Of a stretch of DNA of 50,427 nucleotides, positions 39,349-50,080 are shown in pieces (the first letter of the stretch is position 1; each line of letters opens with the position of its first letter). The position numbers and the translations under genes are program-made. The DNA comes from Eremomyces bilateralis CBS 781.70 (lineage: Eukaryota). The notes under the pieces are model-generated. The model worked only from the letters and a program-made list of their open reading frames with translations. It did no database searches and had not been told where the DNA came from. The stretch lies in the NCBI GenBank assembly GCA_010015585.1, contig ML975171.1; one strand, given 5' to 3'.

Positions 39349-40101
39349 ATTCAAGCAAATCGTAGAAGACAATAATAGTTAACGAACGTGGAGCATATCT
39401 GCTGACTTACCGCGTCGCTGCACGAACCAGCGTCGTCCTACATTTACGAGTGAAATGTTCTGGAGCACATGTCGAGAAGCGACCGTCCTGCGGAACTGGG
39501 AAGCTCCATCACCCGAGGCGACTCCATAGCTTATATCAAGTGAGTTTTAGCGGCGGATAGCCCTGTCGTTCCACTCGGCTTGGGTTGGGGAAGTTGGCGA
39601 TCTAGACTCGGGCAGCGGAAAAGCCTTCGAGGTTTCATATTCGTGCCAATTGTTTGATCCGCACATTCCGAGAGCTTGTATATATGTGAAGACTGGAGCA
39701 TCAGCAACCGCGTAGGATGCATGGCCTAAGATCATGTCCCAGACAGGACTAGGGTGGTGTTTGTCCACGATATTCACATGTTTGATGGATCCGATGTTAT
39801 TATTGTCGTGGAGTTGACGGTCATGTGTAGGGATGTGTCGATAACAAGTAGATGGCGTGCATTGTGGGCATATTGTGGCGCATTGAAACAATCACGTGAA
39901 CTGAATACATACATAGTACTCAGGCTGGCGTGGCTGGCTAATCGAGGCGAGGCGTCGCGAGGCCCTCGCCTCGCCTCGCCTCGTTCCTCGATCAAGGCGT
40001 CGCTATTTCCCTGTATCACGTGTTGCTAGTCCCGTTTAGTCGTATGCTACCAATCTTTCATCGTCGTAGTCCGTATTTTCTGGATCTGACCCAGATTCTA
40101 T

Positions 40102-42310
40102 CCCTTCGGCCGCTGAAACATTGCCCCCTAGCCTAGGGTGGCACATACCAACATACAGGGGGCAGCCGCCCAATCAGATGTCGCTGTAGTAGATATTGCT
40201 CGCTCTCCATGATACTAGATACTATTCTTTAAAGCGCGATATCTTGCTATGATAGTTATTCCAGCAGCCACTATCTGTACAGAGAGGGACATTGCAGACA
40301 CTACAGCCAAATAACGTCTTTCCAGGAGACTTGCGAAGCACTCCGTTAACTTCAACGACGTCTTTCCGAAGTACTCCATTAATATCAAGAACGTCTCCAA
40401 ATTTGCGCTTTCTTGTACTAGAAAAGATCATCCGACAGCCTACGCAGCGAGCTTGCTCAGTTAATGGTATTAACCTGTGCTCTGCAAGGGGTATCTGTAG
40501 TAGATTGGCCTGCGGAGCCTCATAAGTCTGGGCTAGTCGCTGTTCAAATTGAGCAAGCTTATGCTCTCTGAAGACATCCTCTGAATATCGGAATAACTGT
40601 GTCCATAGCTCTGCTCGGAAATTCTTATGATCCATATACTGTTGTCCGTGCAGCTGTCGTCCTATTAGATAGGCGTTTAAGATTGATGTATCGATGATCC
40701 AGAACCAAAGAGGATACCAATTGCGAAGGGAGATTCGTTGCGTAGAATAATAGCTGCGGAGCTGATCAGCTATATCGACGCCTCCCATAAAGTGGTTATA
40801 GTCGTCGATAAAGATAGGAATTGGAAGGTTCTTTCGTACGTTATTTGCGAAGACCTTCCGTACAATAGGTCCGTTTGTAGACGTAAGTGCAGGGCGGCGT
40901 CTTAAGCGGACGATTGTCTGTTCCTCCCCAGCATCATGGACTGTAGAGCAAGCGAGGACAGTATTATTGGCCTGCCACGCAAAGCAGATCACACCTGGAT
41001 CTAAGGGATCCTCCTTCTGCTCCTCCTGCTCCTCCTGCTGCTCCTGCTTTGCGCGCTTTGTCTGCGAGGCTCCTTGGGAGGCAGCTTGGGAGGCAGTTTG
41101 TGATATTCTTGAAGTCTCTGACGGTTCCTTCTTGATCTTCCTTCGTGCGACAATGGAAGCTGTAGTATTCCACGCTAAACGCTTAGAACAGTACACCTTA
41201 AGATTAATCAGAAAGGCAGGGAACTCCGGGTGCCGTCGAGTAGTTCCGCAAGCTCCAACTCCTGTTTCTCGAAGTTTCCGAAGTAATGGAACACGTGTAA
41301 AGAAGTTGTCCATGTAAATAACATGCGGCGTATCTTTTGGAAGTTGTTGAGCAAGCTGGAATACCATCGATTCAGCCAACGAGAGATCTTTCTGCTTTAC
41401 TACCTCTCCGTAGCTTTTGGACTTTGAAGACCATACGAAGGCGTATGTATAGCCAGCTTCACAAAGGGAGAAGATCTTATAGCCTTCCTTAATAGGCTTA
41501 TTTGGAGCCTTAACTGTATGCTTGCTTCGTCCAAAGAATCGAATCATCATCTCATCAATTGAGACGTTGACCCCAGGCTTCCAATAACGCGCACAGTTCT
41601 CCCGGAACTCCGAAGCAATTGGATCAAGCTTATACCACCAATTCCGTCTCTTCTCTTGTGCATCGTCGTCCGAGTCATCATTTCCTTCCTGAACAGCCTC
41701 TTGAGGCGTTTCTGGAGGGCTGATATGGAGGAATCTCTTCAGGTCTTCGAACCTATTGAGACTAAGATTTTCCGCGCATATATGTCGGCCAAATTTAGAT
41801 TTCCAGTAGTCTTCGTGCGCAGGGAGGCGCACTACGCCCATGTACCATAGATGAAGACCCCGATAAAGACCTTAATTTCAGATGCTGTCGTAGGGCACCA
41901 GCTTCGCTTCCCTGCAATGCCTGCTTCCTTAGCTCTTGCATATTTATTGGTATTCTCCGCGATCGTTTGGAAGTGTTGATCAGTAAGGAATAGCTTAAAG
42001 AGATTGTACGGGTCTGTTTTATTCCCGTCCGGGATCTGGATTGCTGGTAATCGAGAAATATTGCGATATGGGAGCGGATCGTAGCTTGGAGGCTCCGGAA
42101 TTGCTTTAATCAGTGTTGTAGGCTCTAATTTGGCACATTTAGAAGGCCTACCCGACATTATTAATTGAAGAATGATATAACTCTACTTTGTACTCACGAT
42201 TTGGATACTGCGCGACGAGATACCGACGAGCTCTGATTGGGTGATCATTTACGGTACAGGCTGGTCCGTGCCATCATAGGCTAGGGGGCATTATTTCAGC
42301 GGCCGAAGGG
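40102..42310 (-). mobile_element. piggyBac-like DNA transposon with 43-bp TIRs
   Basis: TIRs 40102-40144 and 42268-42310 match at 39/43 and begin CCCTTCGGCCGCTGAAA. Internal inverted 10-mer CCCAATCAGA at 40169 and 42232. The element encloses a DDD transposase. Confidence 0.9.
40222..42158 (-). pseudogene. piggyBac (PGBD4-like) transposase, frameshifted by a 5-nt insertion at ~41845-41849
   Basis: Catalytic motifs VSIDEMM, YMDNFFT and GGVDIADQ, plus a C-terminal Cys-rich domain. The motif EIKVFIGVFIY-MGVVRLP is split across two frames. Confidence 0.88.
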
Positions 42311-42870
42311 ATAGGATTCACCGACCTTAGCGATCGTGGTATTGGTCCCTATATAGTATACAGGACTACGGATGGTATATTTAACCATGGTTCGCGCAGG
42401 CCTCGCGAGGCGAGGCGCTTAGTCATCCCTCGCGACGCCTCGCGACGCCTCGATTAGCCAGCCTCTCATAGTGGCGTGGTAGCGTGGATTAACCATCCAT
42501 GTGCCTGGTTTCCGTTTATCCTCCATCCGTATTATTGTCCTGCGACACAGGTCGAGATGAAAAGACAATAGGAATTGATCCGCCGGGAAATTGTTTGAAT
42601 ATCTCGATAAATATATCATATGTATCCACAACCAAGTCGTCCATGTGCGGAACGTTGCTTTTTCCCGATCGCTGTGCAACATCCAGGTTCCTTGCAGGGA
42701 ATTGAATGGCTCTCATCATGTCCACGCAGCAGTGCAGCTCCTCGAAAATCCCCGCGTACATGGAGGTTGACCGTCGCACATTACTCCGTCTGAGGAGGAC
42801 TTTCCCCATCGTCCGCGTATAGCTCCTTTAACGAGTATTCTTGCATCAAACTGCAGATATCTGAAAGGCC

Positions 42871-43992
42871 ATGGCTGCAGAAGATTTCGCTGACCGGCCG
42901 AATCGCCCGGCATCCTCGCCAGGTCCGTTGCCTGATACCTCCCGCTCGCCTCTTCACCACCACCACCAACCGTCGTCCTCGTCAATTCTGCCTCTCTTCC
43001 GTAGCAATAATTCCTCCACCACTTCGTTAAATAAGCCGTTGACCGTCGAGGAGTCTTCCGCCGGTCAGAGAACGAGCCGGTCGAACCCATTGAGCCATTT
43101 GTCCTTCCGTAACCGCCGTCACCGCGTCGAGAAATCACCAAGCTCCCGTACCTCCCTCTCATCGCTGCCCGTCATTGTTAGGACTTACTCCGGCGAGTCC
43201 ATCCGTGCTTCCTCGCGTGTTCGCTCCCCGACGCCGTCCAGTGGGGCCGTAATGCCCAGAGATGCGAAGCTGCCATCCATCGACGCGTTTTCGTTCGCCG
43301 GGATCCTACGAGCCGTCGAGCCGGACATTCGAGACCACATCGACTCCATCGCGGAGATCTGTGCGCGGAGTCGCTTAAGCCTTGCGGACGAGTATGGTGC
43401 GCACCTCCCGCCGCAGGGTGAAATACTGCCAGACCAATCCTACGGCGGAAACCTGCCGGCCGGTCATCGAGGCACCCGGGCAGGCTTTCTCGGTCGAACG
43501 TTGACAACGGTGACGGAGGCGTCCAGCAGTAGTGAAAGGCTATCCGGAGGCAGCAAGCCTGGATCGGCAACCTCAAGTTATGCTCGCATGACGGCGTACG
43601 GTTCATTGAGGAGCATCATATCTGGGTCAACGCGGAACAAGAAACCCAAACTGTCCAAAACATCAGACACACGACGGAGCGAAGGCTCAAAAGAGAATTT
43701 ATCTGAGCACAAGGAAGTGAGATCGCCCACTGGTTGGGTCATATCAGAGAGGACTCCTCCCTCCGTTGTCGTGGTTGCAAAACCGTCGATGACCAACTCT
43801 GAACACCAGGAAGAGTCTGTCCAAGTATCCAATATGGCGGCACCAACGCAACCCGTTCTCCGAAGACCCGAATCCACTCTATGGTTCCCTCGACTATGGA
43901 GATCATCAGCTGCAACCGGACCATCCGCACAAGAGAATGTCCCCCCAAACGCCGAAGAGAGTTTGAAAGACCTCCTCAAGTCCACGAAATGA
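42871..43992 (+). CDS. Hypothetical protein (373 aa, single exon), Ser-rich with a short ordered core
   Basis: ATG-initiated ORF in a good context (GCCATGG). The helical core LPSIDAFSFAGIL..IDSIAEICARSRLSLADEYGAHLPPQGEI resembles uncharacterised Pezizomycotina proteins. Confidence 0.75.
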   Translation: MAAEDFADRPNRPASSPGPLPDTSRSPLHHHHQPSSSSILPLFRSNNSSTTSLNKPLTVEESSAGQRTSRSNPLSHLSFRNRRHRVEKSPSSRTSLSSLPVIVRTYSGESIRASSRVRSPTPSSGAVMPRDAKLPSIDAFSFAGILRAVEPDIRDHIDSIAEICARSRLSLADEYGAHLPPQGEILPDQSYGGNLPAGHRGTRAGFLGRTLTTVTEASSSSERLSGGSKPGSATSSYARMTAYGSLRSIISGSTRNKKPKLSKTSDTRRSEGSKENLSEHKEVRSPTGWVISERTPPSVVVVAKPSMTNSEHQEESVQVSNMAAPTQPVLRRPESTLWFPRLWRSSAATGPSAQENVPPNAEESLKDLLKSTK

Positions 43993-44816
43993 TCGATTAC
44001 GACAAAAAAGCTTCTGCGTCTCCTTTTTATGTTGATGAATGCCTTGATGATTATGAGATACGACGACGATTTACGATTTACGATTAGATAACAGTGCTCC
44101 CGCTGAGCCATAACGAAATATGACCCAGGCGGCGGACGTTTTATTTGTTGTTGTAACCCAAAAGCTTGAAGATTGACTCGGATTTTTGGCAACTCATTGG
44201 GAGGCCGTCCATGAAGCGAATTTGCACCTATGCCTTTCTGACCTCTTCCAAAATGTAGGGCATGATTGTCAGGTGCATGTTGGATCCCAGGTCTTTGAGC
44301 GTAGAGCCTCATCTGTGTATACAATGACAATATGGAAAACCCCTTCGACAGAACAGAATGAGATTCACCATTGCAGAGTAATAGTAGTTATTGGAAAAAT
44401 CATCGACAAGGAGAAAGTATCATGAAGCAATAGAAGAACCTACCTCCGGGAGTGATTTCAGTCGATATCGGTATCCACGTGACCTATCCATTCTGGGGAG
44501 ATTCGTAGTCCACATCTGAAGCTTCATCACGAGCGTAGCGAGTTACTTAAGTGGTATTGGTAGAATCAAAAACTTTTTATTGCCCTCTCATTGGCTAGAC
44601 AGGGGTTCGCGAAAGGAAACCACGTGATTTATGAGAGGAAACCACGTGATTTCGATGCTTTTTACTGTTTACTTTCTGTCGCTCTCTTTCCTCTCCACCA
44701 CTCTTCCCACATGGGCCTCGCAGGGAGGCCTAACGGGCGTAGGGATACCAATCAATCAATCTACTTCTTATTCCTGATCTACCACTTACTTATCCTTCTA
44801 TTATTACGCCTCCGAC

Positions 44817-47800
44817 ATGTCATCTTCTGGAGACGCCGGTGGTAGAGTATGCTCGAATTGTAGGTCCTGGAGGGTTGATAAGGAGTTTACTTCGAAGCGT
44901 CGCCGACTACTGGTCAAGAAGTGCTGGCGATGTCGTTACGGCCACGATCATGGTGATGCTGTAGGTAGAGTGAATGATTCGAATACGTTCAAGCTGACAT
45001 CATTAGACCCCCTATCTTCGACCCGCCGCTACGTCTACGCGAGACGCCTCGTCCTCGCAACCAACCGACACTGAGGACGATAGGTCTTGGAGGCGGGAGG
45101 CTTCCCTATTCCACCGTGCCGGAATACATAGCCAAGACGATGGGGATAGAGCCGCTGCTCGCAGGGAGTATAATGCTATGTCACGGGCTCATCGCGCTGC
45201 TACTCGTCTACACCGTAATGTCCAGCCGCTACCAACGTTCGGGGATTATCTCCAACGACGGAGGCTATCACCTTCACATCAACCGCAATCAGGTCAAGGT
45301 GCTCCTGATGATGGCGACAACGGGTTTAGGCGTCTAAGTCCGATCTCCTTGGCCGGGTTATCCCAAATTCAGGGCGATGAGCAACCCCGTACACGTCATC
45401 AGGAAGATGAGCAACGCGATCGTACACGTCAACGGACAGATGAGCAAAGCGATCGTACACGTCAACGGAGAGATGAGCAACGCAATCGTACACGTCAACA
45501 GCGAGATGATGGTCGTACAGAAGCACTTCAGCGCGGAGATGTTCGCCTCGATCCCCAGTCCCGGGATTTCAACATCCAGGATGCCAATCTTTCCGAGCAG
45601 GATTGGGGATACGTTAAGGCCTTCCACCAGGAGATGGCTAGTTTGAACCTTGAGCACTGCGCCCAATGTGACGAAAAATGGTTTGATATGCGTCTCGTGG
45701 ATGGTATATGTCATCGATGTAGGATCGACGATAGGAAACGAGGCGATTTACCACCGCTGTATTCCGCAGAGAATCATTTAAATCCTGGTCTGGGCCCGTC
45801 GCATCACAATCTTCCTGAGTTATCTCAAGTAGAGGAGCTCCTTATCGCCCGTGTCCATTGTGCTGTGGAGGTTCGAAAGGTTAACGGTCTTCAGTACCGT
45901 TATACAGGACATATCATCAACTTCATGAGAGACGTGGGGCGCGTATACAATCGACTACCTCTCCTTCCGAAAGACCTTGAGATCGTTGTCCTTCGCCCTG
46001 CGAATTGGGATCAGGATCCCCGTATGCAGCGCCAGTTTCGACGCGACTACCGTGTTCGCCGTACTGTCATCGAGCAGTGGCTAACCCATCTCAAGGTTCA
46101 CCCCCCTAGATATCTGTCGTGAGCAGTTGCTAACCCATCTAAAGGTTTACCACCCCGGATATCGCGATGTCGTCGTCGACCCTAGCCGCGTGCAGCATCT
46201 TCCTATTGATGATAGTATTATGGAAGAGGTCGGCGTCCAGACTATTGAGGAAGAAGAGCTAGGAGGCGGCGATGACGATACGGGAGACGAGGTAGATTAC
46301 GTCGCCGTAGTCCCGGATCTCCTCCAACCCCAGACGGAGATGGAGCAACTTCGGCAGCATGTCGATGATGCTCATGAACGTCGACGTGAGCATCTGACGA
46401 TGCCTGAGTTTAGATTGACTCCTCTATCTGAGTTTAACCACTCTCAGGCTCTTCTAAGCCTGGCGTTCCCAAGCTGCTTCCCCTGCGGTATTGGGGACTT
46501 CGTTCATCCCCGTCTCCGTAAGGTAGAGTATCGTGAATATATTAAGCATCTGATGAGGTTCCACGATGGTCGCTTTGCGAAACATCCGCGCCTACGGTAT
46601 GTCCTTTTTAACACTCTTTTCCGGAAACAGGTCAGTACCCGTGCATCTTACTTCGTTCGTCAACGTCCTGAGCATAATGATCTATCTCTTGAGGAACTCC
46701 GTGCTGCTTTTGCGGATGACTCTCCTGAAGCCCAGGCCCTTCTGAACTCTATTATCCGTTTTTCAGGGAGTCTACGCGGCACGCGGCCCTATTGGATTGG
46801 GCGTGGTAAGCAGCTTGAAGCTACCGTGCAATGGTTTGGGTCTCCCGACATCTTTTTAACGCTGTCGGCCGCCGATTACCACTGGGATGATCTACAGCGT
46901 CATTTACCTCAATATGAGGAGTGGCGTAATGGATCTCCAGCGGAGCGGATCTCAATCTCACGCCGGAACCTCCGAGACTATCCCCATATCGCCGCCTTCC
47001 TCTTTCATCGGCGCCGTGAGGCTCTCTACAAGAATTTAGTAGATCCTAAGTTTAACATCCGCGATCAATGGGGCCGATACGAGTGGCAGGGTCGCGGCTC
47101 GTCGCACTCACATTTCCTCCTCTGGCTAGACCGTGCCTGCCCTAACAGCGAGCTTGATCGTATCCCTACGGAGGATCTCCCTGCCGCCCTTGAGAAATTT
47201 GCGCAGTTCTGGGGCGGTCACATCACGGCGTTAAACCCCGAACCTTCCCGTCGGGTGCGACCAGAGGATGAGCGGAGTGCTATCGCGCTAAGTCCCCACA
47301 CCCAGGAGAATATACTGGCCCATTACTCGGCTATCATCAACCGTGTACAGAGGCACCACTGCAGTGATGCGTACTGCCTCCGTACGAATAAACGCACTGA
47401 CCGGAAGGAGTGTCGTTTCTACGCCCCATGGCGGATCCGGGATGTGCCTGTGGTTACGAAGGATGAAGGCAACCCTAGGTTCTTTAACTTTCGCGGTATC
47501 CGGAACGATGATCGGTTAAATCACAGCAACCCTGCCCTTATCACAGCCTGGCTTGCGAATATCGATATCACGCCCTGTACAGGGAGTCGAGCAGTATTAG
47601 CGTATCTTGGAAAGTACTGCTCAAAACCAGAGAAGAAGACGGCCACCTTCCACGATATCCTAAAACATCTCCTAACGATCGTTCCCGAACATACGCGCCG
47701 GCCATTCCTTTCGCTGACCACGAAGATTATGAATCGTCTAATTGGTGAGCGGGATTGGTCAGCCCAGGAGGTTTCCCATATTCTTCTTGATCTCCCCCTC

Positions 47801-50080
47801 CAAGTCTCTTCACGCGTGGTGATTTCCGTCGATTGTCGCCCGGAGGTGGAGCAGCCCCAAGGAATTGAAATCCAGGACGATGGGACTATCCAGAGCGGCC
47901 TCTCCCCTCTTCAAAAGTATAAGCAAAGACCTGAAGCGTTTAACGACATTTCCTATCTTGAGTTTCTACGTTGCTATGAATTCGCACGGGTTAACTCAAT
48001 TCGGAAGAGAGGAGAAGGGAAGGAGCGGGCGTTAAATTACTTCCCCCGATATTCATCGGTCGGCGATACCCGCGAAGACTGGTGTCGCGTTAAACTGATG
48101 CTACATCACCCCTTCCGCCGTATGGATGATCTCCTCCGGCCCGAGCTTGATGGTCTGCTTTTTGCGTCGTATTCTGAGGTGTATTCCGCGTCTTGCGTGA
48201 ATGGTCAGCATAACCATCCGGTGGATCATTACGACCCTATTGTTCTTGCGGACGAGGATGAGTTTGAAGAAGGCGCCAATGAGGAGGAGGATCAGCAAGG
48301 GAGCTGGGATGAGCTCGCCGGTCAACTGCCTGGTCGCGATAGAACCGTTCTAGAGGACCCAGATGCCCTTGGTCAACGACCTCTTGACCGTGAGTACGAT
48401 TGGGCGTCCCATGTCGGGAAGTATGAGATTACGAAGGAGTGGTGGGCCACTGCAAAGGCCCAGTATCCCTATATTCATGAAGCTGTTCCCTTCGCACCTG
48501 ATACCGTTGAAAAGCTGAACGCTAAACAACGTATAACATACGATATCCTGACGACCCACTTCGCACACGTTATTGCGACAGGCACTCCTGGGCCTCAGCT
48601 TCTGATTAACGTTGATGGCGAGGCGGGTACAGGGAAGTCTTTTGTTATTCAGCTGATCTCCTCGCATCTCCAGGAGGCAGCTTCACGGCATAGATTACCG
48701 AACCCTGTTCTTCGTGCTGCGCCTACGGGCGTCGCAGCTCACAGTCTCTCCGCGTCGACACTACATACTCTTTTCCGTCTTCCTGTCCAGAATATCAATT
48801 CTCTCGATCCCCTCCGGCCGGCTGCTCTTCAAGCCGCTCAGGCCACCTTCCGGGGTATACGGTACCTGATTATCGATGAAAAATCTATGATCGGCCTTCG
48901 CCAGCTCTCCCATATTGACCGTCGTTGCCGCGAGATCTTTCCTGGCGTAGACAAGTCTTTCGGTGGTCTCTGTATTCTCCTCTGTGGCGACTTCTTCCAG
49001 CTTCCTCCGGTCTTGGCAACTGCTCTTTATAACCAGAAGAGTCATCTAAATCTAGATGAACGGCATGGGCGTAGTATCTACTACCAATTCGAGCGAACGA
49101 TCAAACTTGATGAAGTCGTGCGGCAGCAGGGTAATGACGTTGAGTCGATTCAGTTCCGCCAGGCTCTCGATCACCTGCGGATAGGCTCCGCAACTCGTGA
49201 CGACTGGACACTGCTTAGTACACGAGTACAGGCCATGCTTCCGTCTGAGGAGGTAGCATCGTTTGGGGACACTCTCCGTATCTTTGGTAAGAAAGCGCCG
49301 GTCGCCGTGTATAACTACTGTCGTTTACGCGATCTCCGTTCTCCTGTTATGATATGTCGAGCTATTCACGAAGGAGGGGCGAAGGCAGAAAAAGTTCCGA
49401 CTAATGAGGCAGGAAACCTCCATTCGGAGATTCCGATGGCGTTGGGAACCCGTATTATGTTGACAGAGAATCTCTGGACCGAACGAGGCCTGGTGAACGG
49501 TGCGATGGGAACAGTGCGTGATATTAGCTGGCAGGCTGGTGCTGATATCCATAAGGATCCTCCTTCCGTACTCCTCGTTCAATTCGATCGGTATGATGGA
49601 CCGACGTTGGACGTAGGCGGCATTGGCTTGGTCCCAATCCTCCTATCACGCCGCGAGTTCTATATCGAGAATACTTCCTGCTCACGTTCACAGTTCCCGT
49701 TGACCATCGCCTATGCCATCACAACGCATAAGTCGCAGGGAATGACTCTAGAACGGGCTGTGCTGGACATTTCGGAGCGGGAGTTCGCGCCTGGCCTGAC
49801 CTATGTGGCAGTCTCCCGTGTGAAAAGCCTTAGAGGGATCATGTTTGAGGCTCCATTCGACTTGCAGGATTTGAACCCTCGCACGGAGAGCGAGACGATG
49901 AAGTTCCGGAAGGAGGATGCGCAGAGGAGGGAGAACCAGCATATCACGGCAGAGGTTTGTTTACATTATTTGAATCAATCGCGCGGTGTTGACATAGTGT
50001 AGGATATCCGACGGGCAGTCGGATCGTCATCCTCAATTCCGCTTTCTTCGCAGGCGGCACTGTTAGGACGGAGTTCATAG
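44817..50080 (+). CDS. Helitron Rep/helicase (HUH endonuclease + PIF1 SF1B helicase); predicted exons 44817-44960, 45007-46095, 46145-49954, 50003-50080
   Basis: Rep motifs FLTLSAADYHW, RYEWQGRGSSHSH and YLGKYCSK. Helicase motifs GEAGTGKS, IIDEKSM, GDFFQLPPV, QFPLTIAYAITTHKSQGMTL and YVAVSRV. N-terminal CxxC pairs. Three 46-49-nt GT-AG introns give one continuous frame; if the last is unspliced the CDS stops at 50002. Confidence 0.9.
45376..45519 (+). repeat. 33-bp (11-aa) coding tandem repeat in the RepHel N-terminus, ~4.5 units
   Basis: GATGAGCAA..CGTACACGTCA units encoding DEQPRTRHQE / DEQRDRTRQRT / DEQSDRTRQRR / DEQRNRTRQQR. Confidence 0.9.
46072..46163 (+). repeat. 49-bp-period tandem duplication spanning the predicted intron 46096-46144
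   Basis: GAGCAGTGGCTAACCCATCTCAAGGTTCACCCCCCTAGATATC vs GAGCAGTTGCTAACCCATCTAAAGGTTTACCACCCCGGATATC, 37/43 identical. Confidence 0.9.

Larger units (their letters stand above)
39932..42463. mobile_element. Outer inverted-repeat element (MITE/hAT-like) enclosing the piggyBac element
   Basis: Perfect 18-bp inverted repeats GGCTGGCTAATCGAGGCG (39932-39949) and CGCCTCGATTAGCCAGCC (42446-42463), with arrays of CGAGG/CCTCG subterminal motifs on both sides. No clean TSD found. Confidence 0.6.

Noticed and set aside
41834..41847. Intron rescuing the transposase frameshift (GTACATGGGCGTAG)
   Set aside because: Only 14 nt, far too short, and it would delete the conserved MG motif.
39912..42472. CATAGT on both sides as TSD of the outer element
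   Set aside because: Spacing to the inverted repeats is asymmetric, so it does not form a clean duplication.
45376..45519. Regularly spaced repeats resembling a CRISPR array
   Set aside because: No unique spacers, in-frame coding repeat, eukaryotic context, no cas genes.
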